The notes beneath the pieces were generated by a model, which was not told where the DNA came from, did not search any database, and saw only the letters and a list, made by a program, of their open reading frames with translations. The position numbers and the translations under genes are program-made. This document shows, piece by piece, positions 34,811 to 44,231 of a stretch of 64,000 nucleotides of DNA; within the stretch, counting starts at the first letter, position 1, and every line of letters starts with the position of its first letter. Origin of the DNA: Candidatus Limnocylindrales bacterium (GTDB taxonomy: Bacteria > Chloroflexota > Limnocylindria > Limnocylindrales > CSP1-4); assembly GCA_036504355.1 (NCBI GenBank), contig DASXVG010000087.1, positions 25,257 through 89,256 of the forward strand. Reading direction: 5' to 3'.

Positions 34811-36394
34811 TCAGAGGCGCGCGAACGCGTCCAGGATCACCTCGGGCCGGGTGCCGTTCGCCGACACGACGCGGATCGTGTGCGACCCGACGCTGGCGAA
34901 CCTGCGCTGGTAGACGACGACCCTGTCGCCCGGCGTGAACGTCGCGACGTCGACCGTCGCCCGGAGCGTCCCGTCGACGTAGACCTTGACGACGCCGAGC
35001 GACGGGTCCGCGGACATGATGACCGCGATCGCGCGCCCGGTGAACACGTAGCGGGCCCACTGCCCGTTGTCGTCCGACTGCTTCGCCGAGCCGCCGGAGA
35101 AGGCCGCCGACACGAGCGTCGTCCAGCCGCTGCTGAACGTCACGTTGGAGCTCGTCTGCTGCACGAGCCGCGGCGTCTGCAGCGGCCCCTTGACCCAGGC
35201 GCCGCGGTTGCCCGCCCAGTCGATCGCGCGGAGCCGGAACTGGAGCGTGCCGCTGGGCGACGCATACGCGTCGAGGGATCGCTTCTGGGTCGTCCCCAGC
35301 GACGTCCAGTGCAGGCCGCCGTCCGTGGTCTTCGCGACCTCGTACTTCCAGACACCCGCACCGCCGCCGTCCGTCCCCGTGGACCACGAGGTGCGGACCG
35401 GGAGCTTCGAGCCCAGGAGCGTCGACTTCGTGGCCAGGCCCGCGGCCGGCTTCCCATTGGCGGGCTTCGTCCGATCGATCGTCAGCGTGGCTGCCGCGGG
35501 AACGGGCGCGGCAGGGCCGCTCACCGGGCTCGTGTCGTCCGAGAGGACGCTGTGCGCCCTGAGCGTCAGCCCCAGCGTCCCATGCGAGCAGCCGCTCAGC
35601 GGCACGGTCCACGTGGTCCGCGAGCCGTCCGCGACCGGGGCGCCGATCGTGCAGCCCGTCGCGCTGCCGCTCTTGGCGAAGTCGCTCGCGGTCAGGCCGC
35701 TGACCGGCTTGTCGAACCGGACCTTGTAGCCGAAGGCGCTCGCGCGGGTCGGCGAGCTCGGCGCGACGACGCTCGCCCGCGGCGTTGAGCCCATGAGCGC
35801 GCCATCACCCTCGTAGCTGAGCATGAAGTCGACCGGCCCGAGGCTCGTCGCGTTCGTCCAGCAGGCGCCGACGACGCAGAAGAAGCCCGTCCCGTCCGGG
35901 TACTGGTCCGGGCCTGTCGGGCTGCTCGCGTGCCACGCGATGCCACTGTTCGTGCCGCGCAGCAGCACCACAGCGACGGTCTGGGAGGTGGTGAGCACGG
36001 CGGGCCGGTCGAAGGCGACGTCGACTGTCGTGGGTGTGCTCGGATCGGTCGACAGCGTGGTGGCGCTGAGCGTCTGGGCGGCGATCACGATGCCGGTGCT
36101 CGCCACCTGGTGGCCGGTGGGCGCGCCGCTCGAGGTGGACCGCACCTCGACCCGGTAGGTCCCGGTGTCGGTGCTCGCCCGGTTGAGCGTGAGGCCGACG
36201 TGGGTCAGCGCGCCGCCGGGCGCGACGAAGGTCTGGGCCATCCCGGGCCACGACCAGCGCGACTGGTCCTTGTCGTTGACGATCCCGGCGAATGCGGCCG
36301 CGCTGACGCTGCCCGGCAGCATCGCGAGCATCGTGGTGCCGGCGATCAGGCCCGCCAGCGCCCGGCGCCGGTGAAGACCGGTGGAAGTGGTCAC
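34811..36394 (-). CDS. Tat-signal secreted hypothetical protein (Ig/Fn3-like beta-rich)
   Basis: A twin-arginine motif RRRALAGLIAGTTMLAMLPGSVSAAA is followed by about 500 aa rich in Ser/Thr/Gly. I found no recognisable catalytic motif. Confidence 0.55.
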   Translation of the reverse strand: MTTSTGLHRRRALAGLIAGTTMLAMLPGSVSAAAFAGIVNDKDQSRWSWPGMAQTFVAPGGALTHVGLTLNRASTDTGTYRVEVRSTSSGAPTGHQVASTGIVIAAQTLSATTLSTDPSTPTTVDVAFDRPAVLTTSQTVAVVLLRGTNSGIAWHASSPTGPDQYPDGTGFFCVVGACWTNATSLGPVDFMLSYEGDGALMGSTPRASVVAPSSPTRASAFGYKVRFDKPVSGLTASDFAKSGSATGCTIGAPVADGSRTTWTVPLSGCSHGTLGLTLRAHSVLSDDTSPVSGPAAPVPAAATLTIDRTKPANGKPAAGLATKSTLLGSKLPVRTSWSTGTDGGGAGVWKYEVAKTTDGGLHWTSLGTTQKRSLDAYASPSGTLQFRLRAIDWAGNRGAWVKGPLQTPRLVQQTSSNVTFSSGWTTLVSAAFSGGSAKQSDDNGQWARYVFTGRAIAVIMSADPSLGVVKVYVDGTLRATVDVATFTPGDRVVVYQRRFASVGSHTIRVVSANGTRPEVILDAFARL

Positions 36395-36542
36395 GATGCT
36401 CCTCCGTTGGGGTCCCCGATGACGCGAAGCCTAATCGCGGTCAGCGGCGGCCGTCCGTCCCTGGACGCCAAACGACGGCGCGGGCACCCGCCGCACGCCG
36501 TCGTGGCCGTGTGTGGACCGGGCCATCGGACCCGGGCTCGGC

Positions 36543-36947
36543 TCAGTGCGAGACGACCTTGGCGAGCGTCTTCGCCTGGGCGATCCATCCCGACACCGTG
36601 GTCTCGGACGGGATCCGCCGGACGATGCTGGGTCGTGCCGCGACGAGCTCCTGGAACGTCGTCGCGAGATTGGCGGCGTTGCGCCGCGCCAGCTCCGGGG
36701 GGGAGTCCACGCCGGCGGCCTCGAGCAGGTCCGCGTACTCGGAGCCGACGCCATCGAGACGCATCAGGTCGGCATGGTTGACCCACTCGAGGAGCTGGGC
36801 CGCGCTGATGCCCGTCGCGCCGGCAAGCGATTCCCGCCCGGCGGCGGACGCGCCCCGCTCTAGGAGATCGTCGGTGGTGTTGACGCCGGCGACGTTGAGC
36901 TTGGCGGCGAACGCCGGCCCGATGCCCTCGATTTCGTCGATCTTCAT
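36543..36947 (-). CDS. DUF4332-domain protein
   Basis: The internal start is MKIDEIEGIGPAFAAKLNVAGVNTTDDLL (helix-hairpin-helix-like). The upstream part of the track ORF is probably not translated. Confidence 0.55.
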   Translation of the reverse strand: MKIDEIEGIGPAFAAKLNVAGVNTTDDLLERGASAAGRESLAGATGISAAQLLEWVNHADLMRLDGVGSEYADLLEAAGVDSPPELARRNAANLATTFQELVAARPSIVRRIPSETTVSGWIAQAKTLAKVVSH

Positions 36948-37093
36948 GGTGCTCCCGTGGCCGCGGGAAGCCCGGTCGTGGCGGGGCCGGTGATCCACTC
37001 CCGCAGACGATGCGATCATACGGGCCAGACCCCAATGCACAAGGGTCCGGAGGCACACGGGAGACAGCAGTGAACGACGCGTTCCGGAGCGAG

Positions 37094-38746
37094 ATGGCGG
37101 CCGGCTACGGCTTCGACGAGCCGGTGGTCGTGCTCGGCTCGCCGATCCTCGGAGACGAGGTCCTGCCGGAGGTCCGCGTCCAGGTGCCGCTCTCGCGGAT
37201 CAACCGCCACGGGCTCATCGCGGGCGCCACCGGCACCGGCAAGACGAAGACCCTCCAGCTGCTGGCCGGCCAGTTGAGCGCGCTCGGGGTGCCGGTGTTC
37301 GCCGTGGACGTCAAGGGCGACCTGTCGGGGGTCGGCGCACCCGGCGACCCAGCCAACCCGCCGGTCGCGGCACGCATCGAGTCCCTCAAGCTGACCTTCC
37401 AGGCCCAGGGCCACCCGGTCGAGGTCCTGTCCCTGTCGGGGACGCAGGGGGCGCACGTCCGCGCGTCGGTCTCGTCGTTCGGGCCGCTGCTGCTGGGCAA
37501 GGTGCTCGACCTCAACGACACCCAGACCTCGATCCTGTCGCTCGTGTTCCGGTACTGCGACGACGAGCACCTGCCGCTGCTCGATCTCGCGGACCTCCGG
37601 ACGACGCTCAAGTTCCTCGCGTCCGATGACGGCAAGGCGGCGCTCGACGAGCTCGGCGGGATCAGCTCCGCCAGCCTGGGCGTGATCCTGCGCGCGATCG
37701 TGACGATCGAGCAGGAAGGCGCCGGCGACTTCTTCGGCGAGCCGGAGTTCGATCCCGACGACCTCGTGCGCACGACCGCTGACGGCAAGGGCATCGTCAC
37801 CCTGCTCGAGGTCGCGGACGTCATGGACCGCCCGCGGCTGTACTCCACGTTCGTGCTGTGGATGCTCGCCCAGCTGTACGAGACGCTGCCCGAGGTGGGC
37901 GACATCCCGAAGCCCAAGCTGGCGTTCTTCTTCGACGAGGCGCACCTGCTGTTCCGGGATGCGTCGAAGGCACTGCTGGAGCAGATCGAGCGCACCGCGC
38001 GCCTCATCCGATCCAAGGGCGTGGGGGTCTACTTCGTGACCCAGGCGCCGACCGACGTCCCGTCGTCGGTGCTGTCGCAGCTCGGCAACCGCGTCCAGCA
38101 CGCGCTGCGTGCCTTCACGCCCGACGACGCAGACGCGCTGCGCAAGACCGCGCGAACGTTCCCGGTGACCGAGTTCTACGACGTGGAGCGCACGATCACC
38201 TCGCTCGGCATCGGCGAGGCGCTCGTGACGGTGCTCTCGCCCAAGGGCATCCCCACGCCGCTGGCGGCGACCCGCCTCGTGCCGCCCGACTCCAGGATGG
38301 CGCCGCTCACGCCGCAGGAGATCAGCGCGATCGTCGCCCAGTCCACGCTCGCCGCGCGCTACAACACGGCCGTCGACCCCGAGAGCGCGCACGAGATCAT
38401 CACCGCACGCCTCGCCAACGCGAAGGCCGCGGCGGCGACGGCGGCGAGCGACGCCGCGATCCGCGCGGGCGTGGATCCGACGACGGCCGATGGCCTGGAC
38501 ACGATGACGCCCGCCCAGCAGCAGCGGGAGATCGAGCGACGTGCGCGGGAGCTGGATGTCGCCCGCCGCGCTGCCGAGCGCGACCGCAAGGCCCAGGAGA
38601 AGGCCGCCCGTGACGCTGCGAAGCAGCGCGAGAAGACGCTCGAGACCGGGATCCGCACCGCGGGCAGGGTCGTCACGTCGCGTGCGGGGCAGTCGCTCCT
38701 GCGCGGGGTGTTCGACGTGTTCTTCGGCGGCGGCAAGCGCCGCTAG
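37094..38746 (+). CDS. HerA-like helicase/ATPase (DUF853 family, Rv2510c-like)
   Basis: Walker A reads GATGTGKTK and Walker B reads FFFDEAH. The C-terminal coiled-coil region is rich in Lys/Arg. The start (ATG 37094, GTG about 37067, or the track's 37010) is unresolved. Confidence 0.65.
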   Translation: MAAGYGFDEPVVVLGSPILGDEVLPEVRVQVPLSRINRHGLIAGATGTGKTKTLQLLAGQLSALGVPVFAVDVKGDLSGVGAPGDPANPPVAARIESLKLTFQAQGHPVEVLSLSGTQGAHVRASVSSFGPLLLGKVLDLNDTQTSILSLVFRYCDDEHLPLLDLADLRTTLKFLASDDGKAALDELGGISSASLGVILRAIVTIEQEGAGDFFGEPEFDPDDLVRTTADGKGIVTLLEVADVMDRPRLYSTFVLWMLAQLYETLPEVGDIPKPKLAFFFDEAHLLFRDASKALLEQIERTARLIRSKGVGVYFVTQAPTDVPSSVLSQLGNRVQHALRAFTPDDADALRKTARTFPVTEFYDVERTITSLGIGEALVTVLSPKGIPTPLAATRLVPPDSRMAPLTPQEISAIVAQSTLAARYNTAVDPESAHEIITARLANAKAAAATAASDAAIRAGVDPTTADGLDTMTPAQQQREIERRARELDVARRAAERDRKAQEKAARDAAKQREKTLETGIRTAGRVVTSRAGQSLLRGVFDVFFGGGKRR

Positions 38747-38772
38747 CGACGGACGGTGCGGAGGGTCCGAGC

Positions 38773-39714
38773 GTGAGGACAGCGGGCTGGCCCTCGGGCG
38801 GCAAGCGGCCGGTCGTCGGGTTCATCGGGCTCGGCCGGATGGGGTCACCGATGGCGGCCAACGTCGCGCGGGCAGGCTTCGAGCTCGTGGTGTTCGACGT
38901 CCGCGGTGAGGCGACCGAGCCGCTCGTGGCGCTCGGCGCACGGGTCGCAGAGAGCGCGCCCGGCCTGGCGGCGGCCGTCGACGTCCTCGTGACGATGCTC
39001 CCGGGCCCGCCGCAGGTCGAGGCGGTGATGCTGGGCATGAACGGCGCGTTCCAGGCGCTCCGCGAGCGGTCCGTCTGGGTGGACATGTCGACGTCCACGC
39101 CGGCGGCCGGCCGGATCGCGGCGGAGGATGGCGCCCCGCGCGGGGTCGGGATCGTCGACGCCCCGGTCGCGGGCATGGTCAAGGGCGCCACCGCGGGCAC
39201 GCTCCAGGTGTTCGCGGGCGGGGACGCCGGGGATGTGAAGCGCGTCCTGCCGGTCCTCCACGCGATGGGCGACCCCGAGCGCGTCGTGCACGTGGGTCCG
39301 CGCGGCGCGGGGTACGCGGTCAAGCTGTGTCTCAACCTGCTGTGGTTCATCCACGCCCACGCGTCCGCGGAGGTGCTCGTGCTGGGCGCCAAGGCCGGCG
39401 TGGAGGTCGGGACGCTGCGGCGAGCGCTCAGCGGCGGGCCGGCATCGTCCACCGTCCTCGAACGCGACATCGACGGGGTGTTCGAGGGCGACTACGACGA
39501 AAGCCTGACGCTCGACCTCGTGACCAAGGACCTCGGCCTGGCGGTGGACCTCGGCCGGGAGCTCGGGGTCCCGCTCGAGCTGTCCGCCCTCGTGGAGCAG
39601 CTCTACCGCCGGGCGCGGGCGCTCTACGGCGACCGGGCGGGCGCGCTGAGCACGGTGCGCATGGTCGAGGACGCCGCCGGGATCAAGCTGCGGCCGGGAA
39701 CCCCATCGCGCTGA
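38773..39714 (+). CDS. 3-hydroxyisobutyrate dehydrogenase family NAD-binding oxidoreductase
   Basis: A Rossmann motif VVGFIGLGRMGSPMAANV is followed by the 6-PGDH-like C-terminal domain. Confidence 0.7.
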   Translation: MRTAGWPSGGKRPVVGFIGLGRMGSPMAANVARAGFELVVFDVRGEATEPLVALGARVAESAPGLAAAVDVLVTMLPGPPQVEAVMLGMNGAFQALRERSVWVDMSTSTPAAGRIAAEDGAPRGVGIVDAPVAGMVKGATAGTLQVFAGGDAGDVKRVLPVLHAMGDPERVVHVGPRGAGYAVKLCLNLLWFIHAHASAEVLVLGAKAGVEVGTLRRALSGGPASSTVLERDIDGVFEGDYDESLTLDLVTKDLGLAVDLGRELGVPLELSALVEQLYRRARALYGDRAGALSTVRMVEDAAGIKLRPGTPSR

Positions 39715-39833
39715 CCGTTCGGCCCGGCGCGCCGTGCCGTCGAACCGGCACCCGAACCGGGTTCGGACGCTGACCTAGAATTGCTGCCGTGGCCATGCCA
39801 CCACCGAGTCGCAGTCGCACCCAGGAGCCACCG

Positions 39834-41279
39834 ATGGCGACCATCGCCGGCGTCAAGCCGCACCCGATCTACCTCGCCGGCACGTGGGTCGACTCGCCCG
39901 ACGTCCTCGAGGTCGAGAACCCCGCGCGCCCGGGCGAGCTCGCGGGGACCACGTACCTCGCGACCGAGGCCCAGTACGAGGAAGCGGTCGAGGCCGCGGT
40001 CCGGGCGTTCGACGTCACGCGCAAGCTGCCCGCCTACGAGCGCGGCCGGATCCTGCGCGAGGTCAGCGCCGGCATCAAGGCCCGCCGCGAGGAGCTGGGG
40101 GCGCTCATTGCGGCCGAAGCCGGCAAGCCGATCCGCGACGCCCTGACCGAGGTCGATCGCGCGGTCCTCACGTTCCGGCTCGGGGCGGAGGAGGCGGAGC
40201 GCGCCTACGGCGAGGTCATCCCGCTGGACCTCCTGCCGAGCTCGAAGGACCGGGTCGGGATCACCCGCCGCTTCCCGATCGGGCCCATCGCGGGCATCAG
40301 CCCGTTCAACTTTCCGTTGAACCTCGCCGCGCACAAGGTCGCTCCAGCCATCGCCTCGGGCAACCCGATCGTGCTCAAGCCACCGTCCAAGGATCCGCTG
40401 GTGATGCTCGCCGTCGCGGAGATCATCGACGCGGCGGGCGTCCCCGAGGGGATGGTCTCGATCCTGCCGATGAGCCGCGAGCTCGGCGACCGGATGGTCA
40501 GCGACGAGCGGTTCAAGCTGCTCACGTTCACGGGCTCGCCGTCCGTGGGCTGGCGGATGAAGGAACGCGCCGGCAAGAAGAAGGTCGTGCTCGAGCTGGG
40601 CGGGAACGCCGGCGTCATCGTGGACAGGTCCGCGGACCTCGACTGGGCGGTCAAGCGCGTGCTCGTCGGCGCCTTCGCCTACAGCGGCCAGGTGTGCATC
40701 AGCGTCCAGCGGATGTTCATCCACGAGGACGTGTGGGACGCGTTCATGGAGCGCTTCCTCGCCGGCGTGTCGGCCCTCAGGCTCGGCGACCCGGCAGACC
40801 CCACCACGGACATCGGGCCGATGGTCGACGCGAAGGCTGCCGCCCGGACCCAGGCCTGGGTCGACGAGGCTCGGGCGCTCGGCGGCACGGTGCTCGCGGG
40901 CGGCACCGCCGACGGCACGTTCTTTCCCCCCACCGTCATCACCGGCGTGCCCTTCAGCGCGCAGGTGTGCTCCAACGAGGCGTTCGCGCCGCTCGTCGTC
41001 GCGTTCCCGTTCCACGACCTCCCGGAGGCCATCGCCGCGGTCAACGACAGCTTCTTCGGGCTCCAGACCGGCGTGTTCACCGGCGATCTCGCGGCGGCTT
41101 GGCAGGCCTTCTCGGAGCTCGAGGTCGGTGGGGTCATCGTCAACGACGTCCCGACCTATCGGATCGACAACATGCCCTACGGCGGGGTCAAGGACTCGGG
41201 GCTCGGCCGGGAGGGCATCCGCTGGGCCATCGAGGACATGACCGAGATCCGGATCATGGTCCTCGCCTGGCCCCAGTGA
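39834..41279 (+). CDS. NAD(P)-dependent aldehyde dehydrogenase
   Basis: The sequence has FTGSPSVG, ELGGNAG and catalytic Cys in FAYSGQVCISVQR. The start is taken at MATIAGVKPH. Confidence 0.8.
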   Translation: MATIAGVKPHPIYLAGTWVDSPDVLEVENPARPGELAGTTYLATEAQYEEAVEAAVRAFDVTRKLPAYERGRILREVSAGIKARREELGALIAAEAGKPIRDALTEVDRAVLTFRLGAEEAERAYGEVIPLDLLPSSKDRVGITRRFPIGPIAGISPFNFPLNLAAHKVAPAIASGNPIVLKPPSKDPLVMLAVAEIIDAAGVPEGMVSILPMSRELGDRMVSDERFKLLTFTGSPSVGWRMKERAGKKKVVLELGGNAGVIVDRSADLDWAVKRVLVGAFAYSGQVCISVQRMFIHEDVWDAFMERFLAGVSALRLGDPADPTTDIGPMVDAKAAARTQAWVDEARALGGTVLAGGTADGTFFPPTVITGVPFSAQVCSNEAFAPLVVAFPFHDLPEAIAAVNDSFFGLQTGVFTGDLAAAWQAFSELEVGGVIVNDVPTYRIDNMPYGGVKDSGLGREGIRWAIEDMTEIRIMVLAWPQ

Positions 41280-42316
41280 GCCTCGCCACCGAGATCCAGG
41301 AGCAGCCCAGGGTCCTCGGCCGGATGCTGGAGCGCGCCCCCGAGATCGGCCGGATCGCCGCGGCCATCGCCACCCGCCAGATCGAGCACGTGGTGGTGGC
41401 GGCCCGAGGCACCTCCGACCACGCCGCGATCTACGCGCAGTACGCGTTCGGCATCCGGCTGGGGCTGCCCGTCGGGCTCACGACGCCGTCGGTCGTCTCC
41501 GTGTACGGCGCGGAGCCGAGATTCGGGCGGGCCCTCGTCATCGGCATCAGCCAGTCCGGCGCGTCTCCGGACATCATCGCCGTCCTTGGGGCGGCACGCC
41601 GCCAGGGGGCGCCGACGCTCGCGATCACGAACGATCCCCGCTCGCCGCTCGCGGATGCCGCGGAGATGGTCCTCGACCTCGGGGCGGGGCCCGAGCTCGC
41701 GGTCGCGGCGACCAAGACGTACACGGCCGAGCTGCTGGGCCTCGCGCTCCTGGCGGCCGCCATCCGGCGGCCGGACGATCCACTCGCCGACGACCCGGAC
41801 CTCGCGCTCGTGCCGGCGGCGGTCGGGACGACACTCCTCGCGAGTGCGCACGTCGCCGGCATCGCGCGCGAGGTCGCGGTGCACGACGCGTGTGTCGTGG
41901 TCGGCCGCGGCTACGAGTACGCGACCGCCCGCGAGTGGGCGCTCAAGCTCAAGGAGCTTGCCCACGTCCACGCCGATCCCTATTCCGCGGCCGACTTCCG
42001 CCACGGCCCGATCGCGCTCGTCGACGTCGACCTCCCGGTCCTGGCCGTCGCGCCGTCCGGCCGGGTCGCGCCCGACATGGAGGCGCTCCTGCGCAGGCTC
42101 CGCGACGACCTCGGCGCGCGCGTCGTTGTCGCCTCCGACCGCGCCGAACTGCGCGCGCTCGGGAGCTGGTCGATCGATCTGCCGGTGCTCCCGGAGCACC
42201 TGATGCCGATCGCGTCGATCGTCCTCGGCCAGCTGTACGCGATGCACGCGGCGGTGGCGCGGGGCCTCGATCCCGACCGGCCACGGACGATCGCCAAGGT
42301 GACCCGCACGACCTGA
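41276..42316 (+). CDS. Tandem-SIS-domain sugar-phosphate isomerase/aminotransferase-like protein (GlmS C-terminal/AgaS-like)
   Basis: The GTG start overlaps the ALDH stop. Motifs include IGISQSGASPD and VAATKTYTAEL. Confidence 0.65.
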   Translation: MSLATEIQEQPRVLGRMLERAPEIGRIAAAIATRQIEHVVVAARGTSDHAAIYAQYAFGIRLGLPVGLTTPSVVSVYGAEPRFGRALVIGISQSGASPDIIAVLGAARRQGAPTLAITNDPRSPLADAAEMVLDLGAGPELAVAATKTYTAELLGLALLAAAIRRPDDPLADDPDLALVPAAVGTTLLASAHVAGIAREVAVHDACVVVGRGYEYATAREWALKLKELAHVHADPYSAADFRHGPIALVDVDLPVLAVAPSGRVAPDMEALLRRLRDDLGARVVVASDRAELRALGSWSIDLPVLPEHLMPIASIVLGQLYAMHAAVARGLDPDRPRTIAKVTRTT

Positions 42317-42325
42317 GGCGGCGGC

Positions 42326-42898
42326 CTACCCGCCGGCGACGATCGCCTTCGCCAGCGTCAGCGCCGCCGCCTTCCCGTCGACGCCTGCGGCGAGCACCTG
42401 GAGCTTGTACATCTGCTCGTTGACGACGAACAGCAGGACGTCCCCGGGCCCGAACGAGGCCGGCACGCCGAGGGATGTCTCCTCCGTGAGCGCGGCGCCC
42501 TGGAACTGCAGCAGCTCGTCATAGGCCGCCTGGCCGTTCGTCTCCGCCTCCAGGTCGACCGTGCCCGCGACCGGGAGCGCGTCGCTCACCACGGTCGTCC
42601 ACAGGCAGCCGCCCAGGGACGCGGTGTCGGGCGTCCCGTACAGCTGCTCGGCGGTCGCGACCTTCGCGCCCGCGACGGCCTCGATGGCGGCGCTCGAGAT
42701 GCGGTCACAGCCAACCACCGCGACGCCCGCGCCATCCGTGGCGGCGTCACCGGCGGCGGTGGACGATTCGGCAGTGGCGGTGGCACCCGCGGCATCGGTG
42801 GCGGCGGCGGGGGCCGTCGTGGCGGCCGATCCGCCGCATCCCGTTGCGGCGAGGGCGAGGACGGCGAGCAACGCGAACAGACTGGGACGACTGGTCAA
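42326..42898 (-). CDS. Lipoprotein (hypothetical)
   Basis: A signal peptide with lipobox LALAATGC is followed by an Ala/Thr-rich linker and then a small domain. Confidence 0.5.
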   Translation of the reverse strand: MTSRPSLFALLAVLALAATGCGGSAATTAPAAATDAAGATATAESSTAAGDAATDGAGVAVVGCDRISSAAIEAVAGAKVATAEQLYGTPDTASLGGCLWTTVVSDALPVAGTVDLEAETNGQAAYDELLQFQGAALTEETSLGVPASFGPGDVLLFVVNEQMYKLQVLAAGVDGKAAALTLAKAIVAGG

Positions 42899-43038
42899 GA
42901 GGACTCCCTTGGGGTGACGGTGGTGGAAGTCCTTCGGGACTGCCGGCTGCCTACGGTACGTGGTCGGCGCGGCGACCGTTCGTTCCCCCCGTCGCGACCG
43001 GGCACGCCGCCCTCGGCACGAGGCCCCACACTGCCGCG

Positions 43039-44211
43039 ATGGATCTCACGCTGACCCCCGGGCAGGCCGAGCTCCGCGGCAGGGCTCGCGCCTACGTCGT
43101 CGACGTCCTCCAGCCCCTCGAGGGCGTGTTCGAGCAGCACCATGCGCTGCCCCAGGACACGATCCGCGAGCTCAAGCGAGCGGCGATCGAGGCGCGCCTC
43201 CACGGCGGCAGCCTCCCCATCGCGGCGGGCGGGCAGGGCTGGTCGATGCTGGAGCAGGTCCTCGTCCACGAGCAGCTGGGCCAGGTCACGGGCGGCCTGT
43301 GGTCGTTCATCCCGGGCGCGTACAACGCGCTCGTCCACTGCACGCCGGAGCAGCGCCGCCGCTACCTGGCTCCGAGCCTGCGCGGGGAGCGGACCGGGAG
43401 CTACGCGATCACCGAGGCGGGCCAGGGCTCGGACGCGCGGACGCTCACGGCGACGGCGGTCCGCGACGCCGCTACGGGCGAGTACGTCCTCAACGGCGAG
43501 AAGTGGTTCGTCACCGGGCCCTCGGACACGGACTTCATGATCTTCCACTGCCACCTGCTCGAAGGCGACGAGCGGCTGCCCACGCTGTTCCTCGTCGACT
43601 ACGACGCCCCCGGCGTCGCGCAGACTGCGGACCCCGACTACACCCACACGTTCGCGGACCGCCACCCGCAGTTCGTGCTCAGCGACGTCCGCGTCCCGGC
43701 GGACGCGATGCTCGGCGCGAAGGGCGAGGCCGACGCCATGACCAACGAGTGGTTCGTCGAGGAGCGGCTCCACATCGGTGCGCGGTGCTCGGGCGCGATG
43801 GAGCGGCTGCTCACGCTGGCGGTCGCGTGGGCGACGGAGCGGGTCCAGTTCGACGAGCGGATCTACGACTTCCAGGGCGTGAGCTTCCCGCTCGCGGACT
43901 CGGCCGCGGATGCCTCCGCGGCACGCCTGCTCACCCGCGAGGCCGCCGTGCTCATGGACGCGGGCGCGAACCCCAAGGTCGTCCACGCCAAGGCCAGCGT
44001 CGCGAAGCTGTTCGCGTCCGAGGCCGCGTGGCGCTGCGCGGACCGCGTCGTCCAGGTGTTCGGCGGCCGCGGCTACATGCGCGAGTTTCCCGCCGAGCGA
44101 TACCTGCGCGAGCTCCGCGTCGACCGGATCTGGGAGGGGACCTCGGAGATCCAGCGGCTCGTCATCGCGCGGGCGCTCGAGAAGCGCGGCGTCGACGCGG
44201 TCGTCGGCTAG
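43039..44211 (+). CDS. Acyl-CoA dehydrogenase
   Basis: The start is MDLTLTPGQAELRG. ACAD motifs include YAITEAGQGSDA and QVFGGRGYMREFPAERYLRE. Confidence 0.8.
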   Translation: MDLTLTPGQAELRGRARAYVVDVLQPLEGVFEQHHALPQDTIRELKRAAIEARLHGGSLPIAAGGQGWSMLEQVLVHEQLGQVTGGLWSFIPGAYNALVHCTPEQRRRYLAPSLRGERTGSYAITEAGQGSDARTLTATAVRDAATGEYVLNGEKWFVTGPSDTDFMIFHCHLLEGDERLPTLFLVDYDAPGVAQTADPDYTHTFADRHPQFVLSDVRVPADAMLGAKGEADAMTNEWFVEERLHIGARCSGAMERLLTLAVAWATERVQFDERIYDFQGVSFPLADSAADASAARLLTREAAVLMDAGANPKVVHAKASVAKLFASEAAWRCADRVVQVFGGRGYMREFPAERYLRELRVDRIWEGTSEIQRLVIARALEKRGVDAVVG

Positions 44212-44231
44212 GCGCCACGGCGCCGCGTCCG

